Positions 20,943 to 31,882 are shown, counted from the first letter of the stretch. The stretch: DNA of 64,000 nucleotides from an uncultured virus (IMG/VR IMGVR_UViG_3300035670_000158) (IMGVR_UViG_3300035670_000158:1-64000); one strand, 5' to 3'. Program-made: numbers and translations. Notes: generated by a model not told the origin, from the letters alone.

Positions 20943-21512
20943 ATGGCACGTTCAATATACGATAAGCAAATACAGAATAGAAATTATCTTTCTCCGACTG
21001 GATTTAATTTTACAATCCAACGTTGTCCAAAGGTAAGTTTTTTTTCAAATACTGCACAAATCCCAGGAATTGATTTGGGAGTTGCTGTTCAACCGACATA
21101 TCTAAAAGATATACCTAGGCCAGGGGACAAATTAGAATTTCAAGATTTCAATCTTCGTTTTTTGATTGATGAAGATCTTTCCAATTATATGCAGTTGCAA
21201 AATTGGATGAGAGGAATGGGGTTTCCAGAAAGTTTGAGAGAAATTTATTCTGAAATTTCTGGCAAAAATTCAGACCTTTACAATCAACAATTTTATAAAT
21301 CAGAAGAAGTTCTATATTCTGACGCAACCCTTGAAGTTCTTAATAGTACTTTGAACCCACAATTCCTTGTAAAGTTTTATGGAATGTTTCCAGTATCACT
21401 TTCTACTCTGCAATTTGATGCAACAGAGAATGATATTGAATACTTTACAGCAGATGTAACTTTCAAGTATACTTTATATACTATCACCGACTTGGCTGGC
21501 AATCCTTTATGA
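20943..21512 (+). CDS. gp3: Tail completion / tube terminator gp3
   Basis: NYLSPTGF, IPGIDLG, FLIDEDLSNY, FPVSLS motifs. Confidence 0.85.
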   Translation: MARSIYDKQIQNRNYLSPTGFNFTIQRCPKVSFFSNTAQIPGIDLGVAVQPTYLKDIPRPGDKLEFQDFNLRFLIDEDLSNYMQLQNWMRGMGFPESLREIYSEISGKNSDLYNQQFYKSEEVLYSDATLEVLNSTLNPQFLVKFYGMFPVSLSTLQFDATENDIEYFTADVTFKYTLYTITDLAGNPL

Positions 21513-21940
21513 ATCTTGAAACTATACAAAGTATGTGGGAAAAAGACTCACAGATTGATCAAGATAATTTGCACGAAGAATCACTAAAAATACCTTCTTT
21601 ACACGCAAAATATCATGAACTATTCAATAGCGTGCTTTTGTTGCGTAAAAAAGCAGAACAGCAACGTAAAAATATTAGACATGACAGATATGAATACTAT
21701 TCTGGAAAGGCAGATCCAGAGGTATATGTAGAGAATCCATTTCCTAAAAAAATACGAGATAAAGATACTCTTACAAAGTACCTGGATGCAGATGAATCTT
21801 TGATGAATATCAATCTCAAAATTGACTATTATGAAACAATGCTAAATTATATTGAGAGCATTCTCAAACAGATAAGTAATCGCACTTATCAGATAAAGAA
21901 TGCCATCGAGTGGCAAAAATTTGTAGCAGGTTATGGTTGA
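21509..21940 (+). CDS. uvsY: Recombination mediator UvsY
   Basis: IPSLHAKY, YYSGK, RTYQIKNAIEW; precedes uvsW. Confidence 0.9.
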   Translation: MNLETIQSMWEKDSQIDQDNLHEESLKIPSLHAKYHELFNSVLLLRKKAEQQRKNIRHDRYEYYSGKADPEVYVENPFPKKIRDKDTLTKYLDADESLMNINLKIDYYETMLNYIESILKQISNRTYQIKNAIEWQKFVAGYG

Positions 21941-23396
21941 AATTAGTATTGAAAAGAAAAATGAAGTATATCTTAAAGTAAACGCAGAACCTCACGTTTA
22001 TCAAGAACTATCGGATGAATTTACATTTGATGTTCCAGGTGCAAAATTTATGCCTCAATATAGAAACAAATATTGGGACGGAAAAATTCGCCTATTCTCT
22101 ACAGCAACAGGCGAAATTTATGTTGGACTTCTAGACAAACTTATATCTTTTTGCAAACGTTACGGATACGAATATAAGTTTGTAGACAATAAATTTTTTG
22201 GAACTCCTTTTGAAGTAAATGAAGACATTTCAAAGGAGGGTGTAGAAAATTATATGAAATCTATTTGCTCTCATTCTCCAAGAGAGTATCAAGTAGAGGG
22301 AGTATACGATGCTTTACGGCACAATAGAAGACTATTGATATCTCCCACTGCTTCAGGCAAATCGTTGATGATTTATTCAATCGTAAGATACTATTCAGAA
22401 AGGAATTTACGAATACTTCTAGTTGTTCCAACGACCAGTCTTGTAGAACAGATGTATAAAGACTTTCAGGACTATGGTTGGGATGCAGAATCTTATTGTC
22501 ACCTAATCTATTCTGGTCGTGAAAAGGTTGATGATCGTCCAATTACTATTACCACGTGGCAATCTATCTATAAACTTGAAAGGAAGTGGTTTGAAAAATA
22601 CGATGTTGTAATTGGAGATGAGGCACATCTTTTCAAATCAAAGTCTTTGATTCAAATCATGACTAAACTTCATACTGCAAAGTATAGGTTTGGATTTACT
22701 GGAACACTTGATGGAACTCAAACTCATAAATGGGTATTGGAAGGATTATTCGGTCCATCATACAAGATTATTCGTACAGAAGAATTGATGGAGAAAGGAT
22801 TCCTATCCAAACTTGATATCAACTGCATTGTACTCAAACATTCTCCAAAAAAATTTGAAACCTATGAAGACGAAATTCAATATTTAATTACTCATGAACA
22901 AAGAAATAAGTTCATTACAAATCTTGCAATAGATCTAAAAGGAAACACTCTCGTATTATACAGTAGAGTCGAAACTCATGGTGAGATCCTTTATAAGGAA
23001 ATAAATAACAAAAAGGCGAATGAAAGTCGAAAGGTTTTCTTCGTACATGGTGGAGTGGATGCTCAAGAACGTGAGGAAGTTAGAACCATTACTGAGTCAG
23101 AAGATAATGCAATTATTGTCGCTAGTTATGGAACTTTTTCCACAGGTATTAACATTAAAAATCTTCATAATGTAATATTTGCATCACCTAGTAAATCGAG
23201 AATTCGTAATTTACAAAGTATTGGAAGAGTTTTGCGTAAAGGCAATAATAAAACAAAAGCAATTCTTTTTGACATTGCAGATGATTGCACTCATAATTCT
23301 AAAAAAAATTATACTCTAAATCATTTGATAGAACGTATTAGAATTTACAATGAGGAAAACTTCAACTACGAAATCATCACCGTCAATCTAAAATAA
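21933..23396 (+). CDS. uvsW: RNA-DNA/DNA helicase UvsW
   Basis: WDGKIRLF, PTASGKS, DEAH, LQSIGRVLR motifs. Confidence 0.95.
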   Translation: MVEISIEKKNEVYLKVNAEPHVYQELSDEFTFDVPGAKFMPQYRNKYWDGKIRLFSTATGEIYVGLLDKLISFCKRYGYEYKFVDNKFFGTPFEVNEDISKEGVENYMKSICSHSPREYQVEGVYDALRHNRRLLISPTASGKSLMIYSIVRYYSERNLRILLVVPTTSLVEQMYKDFQDYGWDAESYCHLIYSGREKVDDRPITITTWQSIYKLERKWFEKYDVVIGDEAHLFKSKSLIQIMTKLHTAKYRFGFTGTLDGTQTHKWVLEGLFGPSYKIIRTEELMEKGFLSKLDINCIVLKHSPKKFETYEDEIQYLITHEQRNKFITNLAIDLKGNTLVLYSRVETHGEILYKEINNKKANESRKVFFVHGGVDAQEREEVRTITESEDNAIIVASYGTFSTGINIKNLHNVIFASPSKSRIRNLQSIGRVLRKGNNKTKAILFDIADDCTHNSKKNYTLNHLIERIRIYNEENFNYEIITVNLK

Positions 23397-23397
23397 C

Positions 23398-23793
23398 ATG
23401 GAAGAAGATTTTTACGCAACCATTAAACTTATAACTGGTGAAGAACTTTTTTCAAAAGTTGCAGTATGTGATGAAGATGATAGGACTTTGCTTCTACTTT
23501 CTCATCCAATTATAGTAGAAGAAATTAAATTAAAAAAATATGGGACTGTTGGTTGGAAAGTTGAACCTTGGATAAAAACTACAGATGAAGATTTGTTCAT
23601 CATTGATATGAACAGAGTTGTAACAATTACTGAAAATAATAATATTGAAATAATCTCTGTTTATCATCAATACGTCCGTGAATCTTCATCAAATAGTTCA
23701 ACTCCAAACAAAGAAACACTAAATCGTAAAATGGGATATATATCTAGTGTGATTGAAGCTAAAGAGATCTTAGAGAAACTCTATAGAATATAA
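23398..23793 (+). CDS. Conserved T4-like hypothetical protein (possible Sm-like fold)
   Basis: IKLITGEE N-terminus; typical position between uvsW and gp55. Confidence 0.6.
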   Translation: MEEDFYATIKLITGEELFSKVAVCDEDDRTLLLLSHPIIVEEIKLKKYGTVGWKVEPWIKTTDEDLFIIDMNRVVTITENNNIEIISVYHQYVRESSSNSSTPNKETLNRKMGYISSVIEAKEILEKLYRI

Positions 23794-23840
23794 TTATCTC
23801 TTCAACCCGGACAAAGGTAGTCTACACACATTTTGGGGAC

Positions 23841-23868
23841 TTGTCAAGCCCTTTGTTTGTGCTATAAT
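23841..23868 (+). promoter_or_regulatory. Sigma70-type promoter for gp55
   Basis: TTGTCA-16 nt-TATAAT with extended -10 TG. Confidence 0.65.
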
Positions 23869-23897
23869 GATATTACGTTATAAATTAAAACTTATAC

Positions 23898-24395
23898 ATG
23901 CTAATAACTAACATGCCTAAAACCCGTAAGAGGTCAGAGCATTACGTAAACAATAAAGAATTTCTTGCGGCTATCATCGAATATAAAAAAGAAATCGTTG
24001 TGGCACAAGAACAGGGTCTGCCAAAACCACGTATTCCAAATTATATTGGGGAATGCTTTCTAAAAATTGCAACTCATCTATCATACAAACCAAACTTTGT
24101 CAATTATATGTTCAAGGATGACATGGTTTGTGATGGAATTGAAAATTGTGTACAGTATATCAATAATTTCAATCCAGAGAAATCGCAGAATCCTTTTGCT
24201 TACTTTACTCAAATTATTCACTACGCTTTTTTGAGAAGAATTCAAAGAGAAAAGAAGCAGTTGGAAATCAAGAATAAGATTCTTGAAAGGTCTGGATACG
24301 ATGAGGTGTTTGTAGATAACAACACACTTGACGGGAGCAACTATTCCGACTATAATTCCATCAAGGACAACGTACAGCTGAAACTTCGTTCGTGA
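23898..24395 (+). CDS. gp55: Late transcription sigma factor gp55
   Basis: HYVNNKEF, NPFAYFTQI, AFLRRI motifs. Confidence 0.95.
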   Translation: MLITNMPKTRKRSEHYVNNKEFLAAIIEYKKEIVVAQEQGLPKPRIPNYIGECFLKIATHLSYKPNFVNYMFKDDMVCDGIENCVQYINNFNPEKSQNPFAYFTQIIHYAFLRRIQREKKQLEIKNKILERSGYDEVFVDNNTLDGSNYSDYNSIKDNVQLKLRS

Positions 24396-25432
24396 AAATT
24401 GCCGTAATTACTGACCAACACTTTGGTGCTCGTAAAAATTCCAAATTGTTTCATGACTTCTTTTTGAAGTTTTATAATGAAGTATTCTTTCCTACCATAA
24501 AACGGGAAGGTATCACCACAGTTATTGATATGGGTGATACCTTTGATAGTCGTAAAGGTATTGATTTTTCTGCTCTTGCTTGGGCAAAGGATAATTATTA
24601 TGATACTCTAGAAAAAATGGGTATCACAGTTCATACTATCGTTGGAAATCATACGGCATATTATAAAAACACAAATGATGTGAATGCGGTTGATCTTCTA
24701 CTTAGAGAATATAAAAATGTAAATGTATATTCAAAACCAACAGAAGTAACATTGGACAAATTGAATGTTCTTTTTGTGCCTTGGATTAATCAAGAGAATG
24801 AAGAACTGACATATAAAACTTTACAAAAAACAACTTCTCCAGTTGTTATGGGGCATTTGGAACTTACTGGTTTTTATGCCAATAGAGTTCATTTGATGGA
24901 ACATGGTGCTGATAGATCTCCATATAAAAAATTCAAAAAAGTATTTTCTGGACATTATCATCACAGAAGTAGTGATGATAATATTCATTATCTTGGCAAT
25001 CCATATGAAATTTATTGGAGTGATTTGGAGGAAACCAGAGGATTTCATATCTTTGATACAAACACTTTGGAAGTGACCCCAATCAATAATCCTTTTAGAA
25101 TGTTTTATAGATTGTATTATGATGACACTCCTTATCAAACATTCAATGTGTCCGATTTTGAAAATAAAATTGTAAAAATTATTGTTCGTAAAAAGACAGA
25201 TCCAAAGAATTTTGAAAAGTATATTGACAAAGTTATGAGTTCTGGTGTTGCAGATCTCAAAATCGTAGAAAACTTTGCAATAAATGAAAACGAAAATTTT
25301 GAAGTAGAGCAATCAGAAGACACTCTTACAATATTGAGTCGATACCTTGATGAATCCGAAACTGATATAGATAAGAATGCCGTAAAAGATATTATAAAAA
25401 ATATCTATCAAGAAGCATGTGAGGTATTCTAA
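24392..25432 (+). CDS. gp47: Recombination endonuclease gp47 (Mre11/SbcD-like)
   Basis: DQHFG, GDTFD, GNH, GHYH phosphoesterase motifs. Confidence 0.93.
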   Translation: MKIAVITDQHFGARKNSKLFHDFFLKFYNEVFFPTIKREGITTVIDMGDTFDSRKGIDFSALAWAKDNYYDTLEKMGITVHTIVGNHTAYYKNTNDVNAVDLLLREYKNVNVYSKPTEVTLDKLNVLFVPWINQENEELTYKTLQKTTSPVVMGHLELTGFYANRVHLMEHGADRSPYKKFKKVFSGHYHHRSSDDNIHYLGNPYEIYWSDLEETRGFHIFDTNTLEVTPINNPFRMFYRLYYDDTPYQTFNVSDFENKIVKIIVRKKTDPKNFEKYIDKVMSSGVADLKIVENFAINENENFEVEQSEDTLTILSRYLDESETDIDKNAVKDIIKNIYQEACEVF

Positions 25433-25709
25433 CGTGTTTGTTCTTACCATAGAAGGTAAAGAAGATGAAGGTGCATATTCTGTAGTTAATGATGATGGAG
25501 ATCAGGTTTTATACCTGTTCCAAGAAGAGGATGATGCTATGAGATATGCTATGATGTTAGAGGAAGATGATTTTCCAACCATGCATGTTATCGAAGTCGA
25601 TGATGAAATGATGGTCAAAGCTTGCGAATTTTCTTCCACAAGATATGCTATCATTACTCCCAATGATATTGTAGTTCCTCCAAAAGTTTCTTTTCATGAT
25701 CACATTTAA
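25419..25709 (+). CDS. Conserved hypothetical protein
   Basis: 96 aa; FQEEDDAMRYAMML; between gp47 and gp46. Confidence 0.6.
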   Translation: MRYSNVFVLTIEGKEDEGAYSVVNDDGDQVLYLFQEEDDAMRYAMMLEEDDFPTMHVIEVDDEMMVKACEFSSTRYAIITPNDIVVPPKVSFHDHI

Positions 25710-27411
25710 GAATATTCGCTGGAAGAATTTTCTTTCTACTGGCAATCAATGGACTGAAGTAAAACTAAATGAGTCTGAAAATACTATCATCATAGGAACA
25801 AATGGTTCTGGTAAGTCAACCATTTTGGATGCTCTTACCTTTTCGTTGTTCAATAAACCATTTCGAAAGATCAATAAACCTCAACTTATTAATTCAGTAA
25901 ATGAAAAGGATTGTGTTGTAGAGGTTGAATTTGATATCAAAGGAAAGGAGTATAAAATTATACGTGGTCTCAAACCGACTAAGTTTGAGATATGGGTTGA
26001 TGGTAAAATGGTTGACCAGGACGCTTCTTCCAATGATCAACAAAAGCAGTTAGAACAAAATATTCTCAAATTGAACTTTAAGTCGTTTACTCAAATTGTT
26101 ATTTTGGGTAGTAGTACTTTTGTACCTTTTATGCAACTTCCTTTGGCACATCGGAGGGAAGTTATTGAAGATCTTTTGGACATCAAGATCTTTTCCTCAA
26201 TGAATTATCTCATCAAAGATAAGATTCGTATGTTGAAGGATGATGTGAATGTTCTTGATTTGAAGAAAGATTCTTTGAAAGATAAAATCAAGATGCAGCA
26301 AGAATTCATAGATTCTATTGAACAGAAAGGTAAGGATGATATTTTAGATAGAAAGCAAAAGATAAAAAAGTTTGCAGGTGAAGCAACTGTTCTTCTAAAG
26401 TCTAATGATGACCTATCAAAAAAAATTGAAGAAGTAAATGTTCATATTAAAGAGTTTGAGGGAGCAGGTAAAACTTTATTCAAGTACGCACAACTGAGAG
26501 CACAAATTCAGCAAAAGAAAGAAACCGCAAATGAAGAGTCAAAGTTTTTCTTTGATAATGAGGTTTGCCCTACCTGTACTCAATCTATTGAGCAAGATTT
26601 TCGTGTAAATAGAATAGCGGAACTCAATGCTTCAATAGAAAAGTTACATGAAGGTCTGTGCGATTTAGAATCTAAAATACAAACAGAGGAGTCAAGAGAG
26701 GTCCGCTTTACCGAACTCACACAGGAGGTTGCTTCCCTAACTAATGAAATTACTCAAAACAATGCTATTGTTTCTGGCATACAACGACAATGCAGAGATC
26801 TGGAATCGGAAGTTCAAAGAATTACCGAACAACTTGAAAACAGAAATGCTGAGCACGAGAAACTAAAAACATTCAATGAGTCTTTACAGGGAACATATGA
26901 AGAGTTAGCAACAAAGACTGAATCAATTAAAAATCACGACTTTGTGTATTCCTTATTGAAGGATGGGGGAGTCAAAACCAAAATTATTAAACAGTACCTC
27001 CCCTTCATCAACAAACAAGTCAATCGTTATCTTCAACTGATGGATTTCTTTATCAATTTTCAACTTGATGAAGAATTCAATGAAAGTATTCAATCTCCAA
27101 TTCATGCAGATTTTTCATACGCTTCTTTTAGTGAAGGAGAAAAAATGAGAATTGATTTGGCACTTCTTTTTACTTGGAGAGAAGTTGCCAGATTCAAAAA
27201 TTCCATCAATACAAATCTTTTGATTATGGATGAGGTATTTGATAGTTCTCTTGATGGATTTGGTACAGATGATTTTCTAAAGATTATCAAGTTTGTAATT
27301 GGTGATGCTAATGTGTTTGTAATCTCTCATAAGGAGGGATTGTATGACAAATTTGAAAGTGTCATACGCTTTGAGAAAGTCAAAGGATTTAGTAGAAAGA
27401 TAAATACCTAG
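25696..27411 (+). CDS. gp46: Recombination ATPase gp46 (Rad50/SbcC-like)
   Basis: GTNGSGKST, CPTC hook, FSEGEK, DEVFDSSLD motifs. Confidence 0.95.
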   Translation: MITFKNIRWKNFLSTGNQWTEVKLNESENTIIIGTNGSGKSTILDALTFSLFNKPFRKINKPQLINSVNEKDCVVEVEFDIKGKEYKIIRGLKPTKFEIWVDGKMVDQDASSNDQQKQLEQNILKLNFKSFTQIVILGSSTFVPFMQLPLAHRREVIEDLLDIKIFSSMNYLIKDKIRMLKDDVNVLDLKKDSLKDKIKMQQEFIDSIEQKGKDDILDRKQKIKKFAGEATVLLKSNDDLSKKIEEVNVHIKEFEGAGKTLFKYAQLRAQIQQKKETANEESKFFFDNEVCPTCTQSIEQDFRVNRIAELNASIEKLHEGLCDLESKIQTEESREVRFTELTQEVASLTNEITQNNAIVSGIQRQCRDLESEVQRITEQLENRNAEHEKLKTFNESLQGTYEELATKTESIKNHDFVYSLLKDGGVKTKIIKQYLPFINKQVNRYLQLMDFFINFQLDEEFNESIQSPIHADFSYASFSEGEKMRIDLALLFTWREVARFKNSINTNLLIMDEVFDSSLDGFGTDDFLKIIKFVIGDANVFVISHKEGLYDKFESVIRFEKVKGFSRKINT

Positions 27412-27426
27412 AGGATTTTTTTTCTG

Positions 27427-29562
27427 ATGGGCACCTTTGCTAAGATAAAGAAATATAAAAAACCTCTTGTTGAGATTGAAGAAAAAATTTGTCGCTTAAA
27501 TGAGGCAATGAGAACAACCGGTCTTTATACTGTGACTGGATTTGAACCAGGTGATCCTGCAATTCCAGAAGTTCCTGCAGTTCCAGCAGTTCCTCCAACT
27601 TATGAAAATGTAACTGGTGGTATTTCTAATCCAGATGATTTTGTGTGGGGAGATCAAGGGGATGGTAGTGATCCTGATGCTCCAGTGAATGTGCCTGCAA
27701 ACCTATACACCACTTATAATGGAGAACAAGTTGCTGCAACACGACAAATTGAAGGCACATATCCTGAAGGTGTAGTTCCAGTTGGATTTATAATAAGAGA
27801 TGGTTGGTTATCTACCAATTATGTTGGATACTTAAGTTCTGGTGGATTTACATCAGTTGCATCTGTGGGCGTTTTTGGGAATGCCTCCACCGATCTTGGG
27901 AGAGCATATGCAGAGGCTTATTATAGATGGCCCTATCCTGGTAAAATAACAAAAACAATTTATCTTTGGAGACAATTAGATTGCCTTTTTGGAACTTGCA
28001 AAGGTGCTACACAATATTATCCATCAAATCTGTCAAATAATAGCACTCCAAAAGCAGATTATGCTTTATATGCATTTACATTATGGATTGCTGCTGATGC
28101 GAACGGTAATCCTTTACCAAACAGAATAATGACAGATCCAGGTGTTCCCGAAATACCTGCAATTCCTGGGGTTCCTGAAGGACCACCTAAACCTGTTCTT
28201 GTACGACAAAATAATCTAGGTGATCCAAATTATTATCCTGGATTTATTAAATCTGCGATTGCATTTGCAAAAAATGTTGGAAAAGCACTCAATGAATTTG
28301 GTAAAAATACGGAAAAAGCAATTAATAAAGTTGGGGAGAATATTAGATCAATAGAAAAATCTATATCAAAACAAGATTTTACTAAGCCAATAACAAAAAT
28401 TACTGATGGTATTGAAGATGGAATAAATTTATTGTCTAATGTGAAAAATGTAATAGGATCTACGAAGTTAGGTCCTCAAGGTCCTGATGGTCGATATACG
28501 TTACCTCCCAATTCTATCGGAACAAAAAGTAATCCATTGCAAAATAAAGTCTCATCATCGACACAAGAATATCTCTTAAAGGGATATCAACCTAAAATTG
28601 ATGGTCCTATAGATCAATATTTACAAAGACAAACCAGCAGAGGAATAGAACAGGGTGGGAATATAGGAGCGAAGGGGACTCATAATAATATTACTGGAAA
28701 ACCTTATATTGATAAGGAAGGAAATATTCGTATTCCAGATACCTATGGATTTGGTCCATCGTCGGATATTGCGAATAAACCAATTGTAAAATTAGTCTCT
28801 AGTTTTGTTACTGATTTTGTTGGAGCACTTTATGATGATGCTAAGGGTAGTAAGCAGGCAGAAAAAAGCAAAGCTCAGAAAGAAGCAAGTGAAAGTGTTC
28901 AAACTTTTTTTGACCAATCTGGATTTGGATTGATTCCTGGAACTCCTGGAAAAAACGCTCCTATAGTTCACTTTGAAACTGTTATTCCCGCAAAAGATGC
29001 ACAAAAATTAGCACCAGGTTATAAAAATCAACCTGTAAAAGAAGAAACTCTTTTTGAAAAATATAAAAGAAGGGAAAAAATAAATGAAGAAAATGTTATA
29101 AATGAATTTGATTTGCTAATTAATGGAATAAAAAATCTTCCAGATCCAATTAAAAAATATTTGTTGATCGAATTTCAAACTTCTATAAAATTGTCTACAT
29201 TATCTCCAGAAGAAAGAATATATCGAGAAAAAGAAATAAAAAATGATCTTCTAGTTCAAACTTCAAATTTGTATGTTGACACTCACTTTCCAGAAAATAA
29301 ACAACAAACTTCAAGGGTGAAAAAAATTCTGGCAAGAAATATTAAACTTTCTGATCCAAAGACTTTCAAAACGGTAAAAGAACCACTGACTTATGGTAAA
29401 TTATTTGGTGGAGAGTCAAAAAATAAAAAAGTAGATGTTGAAGATCCAAATAGAAAATCATTAGCAAGATTTTTTAAAAAACCAAAAGCAAAAACAAAAG
29501 ATCAACTTAGAACTGAAAAATTAAAAGAGCTTGACATGTTAGAGAACATGCTGCTATCCTAG
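27427..29562 (+). CDS. Large mosaic hypothetical protein, probably virion-associated
   Basis: 711 aa; ATAAATA upstream; Pro-rich linkers flanking an internal domain. Confidence 0.55.
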   Translation: MGTFAKIKKYKKPLVEIEEKICRLNEAMRTTGLYTVTGFEPGDPAIPEVPAVPAVPPTYENVTGGISNPDDFVWGDQGDGSDPDAPVNVPANLYTTYNGEQVAATRQIEGTYPEGVVPVGFIIRDGWLSTNYVGYLSSGGFTSVASVGVFGNASTDLGRAYAEAYYRWPYPGKITKTIYLWRQLDCLFGTCKGATQYYPSNLSNNSTPKADYALYAFTLWIAADANGNPLPNRIMTDPGVPEIPAIPGVPEGPPKPVLVRQNNLGDPNYYPGFIKSAIAFAKNVGKALNEFGKNTEKAINKVGENIRSIEKSISKQDFTKPITKITDGIEDGINLLSNVKNVIGSTKLGPQGPDGRYTLPPNSIGTKSNPLQNKVSSSTQEYLLKGYQPKIDGPIDQYLQRQTSRGIEQGGNIGAKGTHNNITGKPYIDKEGNIRIPDTYGFGPSSDIANKPIVKLVSSFVTDFVGALYDDAKGSKQAEKSKAQKEASESVQTFFDQSGFGLIPGTPGKNAPIVHFETVIPAKDAQKLAPGYKNQPVKEETLFEKYKRREKINEENVINEFDLLINGIKNLPDPIKKYLLIEFQTSIKLSTLSPEERIYREKEIKNDLLVQTSNLYVDTHFPENKQQTSRVKKILARNIKLSDPKTFKTVKEPLTYGKLFGGESKNKKVDVEDPNRKSLARFFKKPKAKTKDQLRTEKLKELDMLENMLLS

Positions 29563-29588
29563 ATAGGATAGGAAATCTCACCAGACCC

Positions 29589-29804
29589 ATGAAGGTCCCA
29601 AATTGGCAGCATCACTCCAAAAAAGATCAGAAACGCCATCTCAAACCACAAGCAATGCGCCAGGCACGTGCCAGGCGCAGACAGTTGAAAAACCGTCTAC
29701 TGAACCTCCCCAAGCGGGAGGTTTCGTCGTATTATGGTAAGACAAACAAGGAAGACCGATGCCCATCAATCTTGAAGTCAAAGGAACTGTTGCCAAACTT
29801 CTAG
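29589..29804 (+). CDS. Small basic hypothetical protein
   Basis: MKVPNWQHHSKK...; TTGACA at 29531 upstream. Confidence 0.5.
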   Translation: MKVPNWQHHSKKDQKRHLKPQAMRQARARRRQLKNRLLNLPKREVSSYYGKTNKEDRCPSILKSKELLPNF

Positions 29805-31882
29805 CACAAGAAAATCTTCTGGTTGAGCATCGTCAAGTTCAGACAGCACAATTCAATGTGGAAACACGTGTTCTGACTCTTCCAATTTGGGATAAAGCAA
29901 CTGATACTATCTTTGATCTTCTGGTGGCGCATGAAGTTGGTCATGCTTTGTATACTCCTAATGAAGATTGGACTGAAAAGTGTAAAGCACCTCAAACCTT
30001 TTTGAATGTCGTAGAAGATGTTCGAATTGAAAAATTGATCAAACGTCGTTTTCCTGGTCTTTCAAAAACCTTCTATAAAGGTTATGGAGAACTCCATGAG
30101 ATGGATTTCTTCATGCTTGCCGATGAAGATATCTCCAAGATGAATCTTGCGGATCGCATCAACTTACATTTCAAAATTGGTTCTTTCCTTGGAATTAAAT
30201 TTACCGCTAAAGAACAAACAGTTGTTGATACAATCTCTCAGTGCGAAACGTTTGAAGATGTACTTCGTGCATCAGAACTTCTTTACAAATATTGTAAAGA
30301 AGAACTAGAAAAAGAAACCAAAACAGAAATTCCTCCTCAACAAAATCAACAGCAATCTGGTCAACCTGGAGGTCAAACTGAAAGTAGTGATGACTCCTCT
30401 TTTGATGAAGATGGTGAGAGCGATGACTCTTCAAAAACTGAAGAATCAAATGAGGAACCTGGTGAAAACGCAGAAGATTTTAGAGAGGGCAATGAAAATC
30501 GCCTAAATGAAGATCCTTCTGTGAGTACCATGGAAAGACTTGCTGATAAACTTAAGGATTTGATTGACTCTCATCGTAGGGATTTCAAGTACATTGAACT
30601 TTCAAATATTCCTCTTGGTAAAGCAGTGATCAAAAATACTCAAATCAATGAAGTGCTTGAAACTTTTTGGGATAGAATTTATGTTGAAGATGCCATGAAA
30701 GATTATTATATTGGTGCTGCCAAAAAAGAATACCGAAAATACAAAAATGAATCTCAAAAAGAAGTTAATTATTTGGTAAAAGAATTTGAGTGTAAGAAAT
30801 CTGCAGATTCTTATGCCCGTGCTTCTACTTCTCGATCAGGTGTTCTTGATTGTTCTAAACTTCATACGTATAAGTACAATGAAGATTTGTTCAAAAAAGT
30901 AACTACCTTTGCAGATGGAAAAAATCATGGTTTGATTTTTGTTTTGGATTGGTCTGGATCCATGGGAAATACAATTGGATCAACTGTAAAGCAAATGCTG
31001 AATCTTGTGTGGTTTTGCCGTAAAGTAAAAATTCCTTTCAAGGTTTATGGATTTACAAATGCCTGGTATGTCAATGAGGATGATGAATACAATCTAAGAA
31101 GTTTGATTGAAACTCCAATCAAAGATACTTTTTGGATTGATAAAAACTTTCGTATGCTTGAATTTCTCAATAGTGATTGCAATGCTCAAGAATTTGAACG
31201 TCAGTGTGTGAATTTTTGGTGCCTTACTACTGGAGTAAGCAATGATCTCTCTGGACATGTTGATTACCCTCCAGTTTTTCAGTTATCAGGAACACCTCTG
31301 AATGAAGCATTGATGACTTTGCATAAGATTATTCCCGCATTCAAAACAAAACATCAACTTCAAAAACTTCATACAATTATTTTGACTGATGGTGAAGCTG
31401 CTCCTGTTGCATATGCATCGGAACGTTATGGATATAGCGGTCAAAAAGAGATCAAACCTTACCACATTCGTTGGGGCGATAACATTTACATTCGAGATCG
31501 TAAACTTCGCACTACCTACAAATTAGGAGAAAATCACACCACTGCAATTTTGAAAAATCTTAGTGACAACTATCCCGAAGTAAACTTCATTGGTATTCGA
31601 ATTGCTAATGCTTCTCAACTTAGTAGATTTGTTAGAGAGTATTCATTAAATGAACACGATAAAATTCAATTTCAATTCAAAAAAGAAAAGTCTGCTTCAA
31701 TCTCTATTCCCTCATTCACTAAGTTTTTTGTCATTAGTTCCAATAATTTGCATGAAGATTCCTCTTTTGATGTTGAAGAGGGTGCTGGAAAAGCTACAAT
31801 TCGTGCTGCTTTCAAAAAATCTTTGAACAAATCAAAATTTAATCGTAAAATTCTTTCAGAGTTTGTCACACTTGTTGCATGA
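29759..31882 (+). CDS. CobT-like protein with N-terminal HEXXH metallopeptidase-like and VWA domains
   Basis: AHEVGHAL, NVVEDVRIE, DWSGS MIDAS, LTDGE motifs. Confidence 0.8.
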   Translation: MPINLEVKGTVAKLLAQENLLVEHRQVQTAQFNVETRVLTLPIWDKATDTIFDLLVAHEVGHALYTPNEDWTEKCKAPQTFLNVVEDVRIEKLIKRRFPGLSKTFYKGYGELHEMDFFMLADEDISKMNLADRINLHFKIGSFLGIKFTAKEQTVVDTISQCETFEDVLRASELLYKYCKEELEKETKTEIPPQQNQQQSGQPGGQTESSDDSSFDEDGESDDSSKTEESNEEPGENAEDFREGNENRLNEDPSVSTMERLADKLKDLIDSHRRDFKYIELSNIPLGKAVIKNTQINEVLETFWDRIYVEDAMKDYYIGAAKKEYRKYKNESQKEVNYLVKEFECKKSADSYARASTSRSGVLDCSKLHTYKYNEDLFKKVTTFADGKNHGLIFVLDWSGSMGNTIGSTVKQMLNLVWFCRKVKIPFKVYGFTNAWYVNEDDEYNLRSLIETPIKDTFWIDKNFRMLEFLNSDCNAQEFERQCVNFWCLTTGVSNDLSGHVDYPPVFQLSGTPLNEALMTLHKIIPAFKTKHQLQKLHTIILTDGEAAPVAYASERYGYSGQKEIKPYHIRWGDNIYIRDRKLRTTYKLGENHTTAILKNLSDNYPEVNFIGIRIANASQLSRFVREYSLNEHDKIQFQFKKEKSASISIPSFTKFFVISSNNLHEDSSFDVEEGAGKATIRAAFKKSLNKSKFNRKILSEFVTLVA

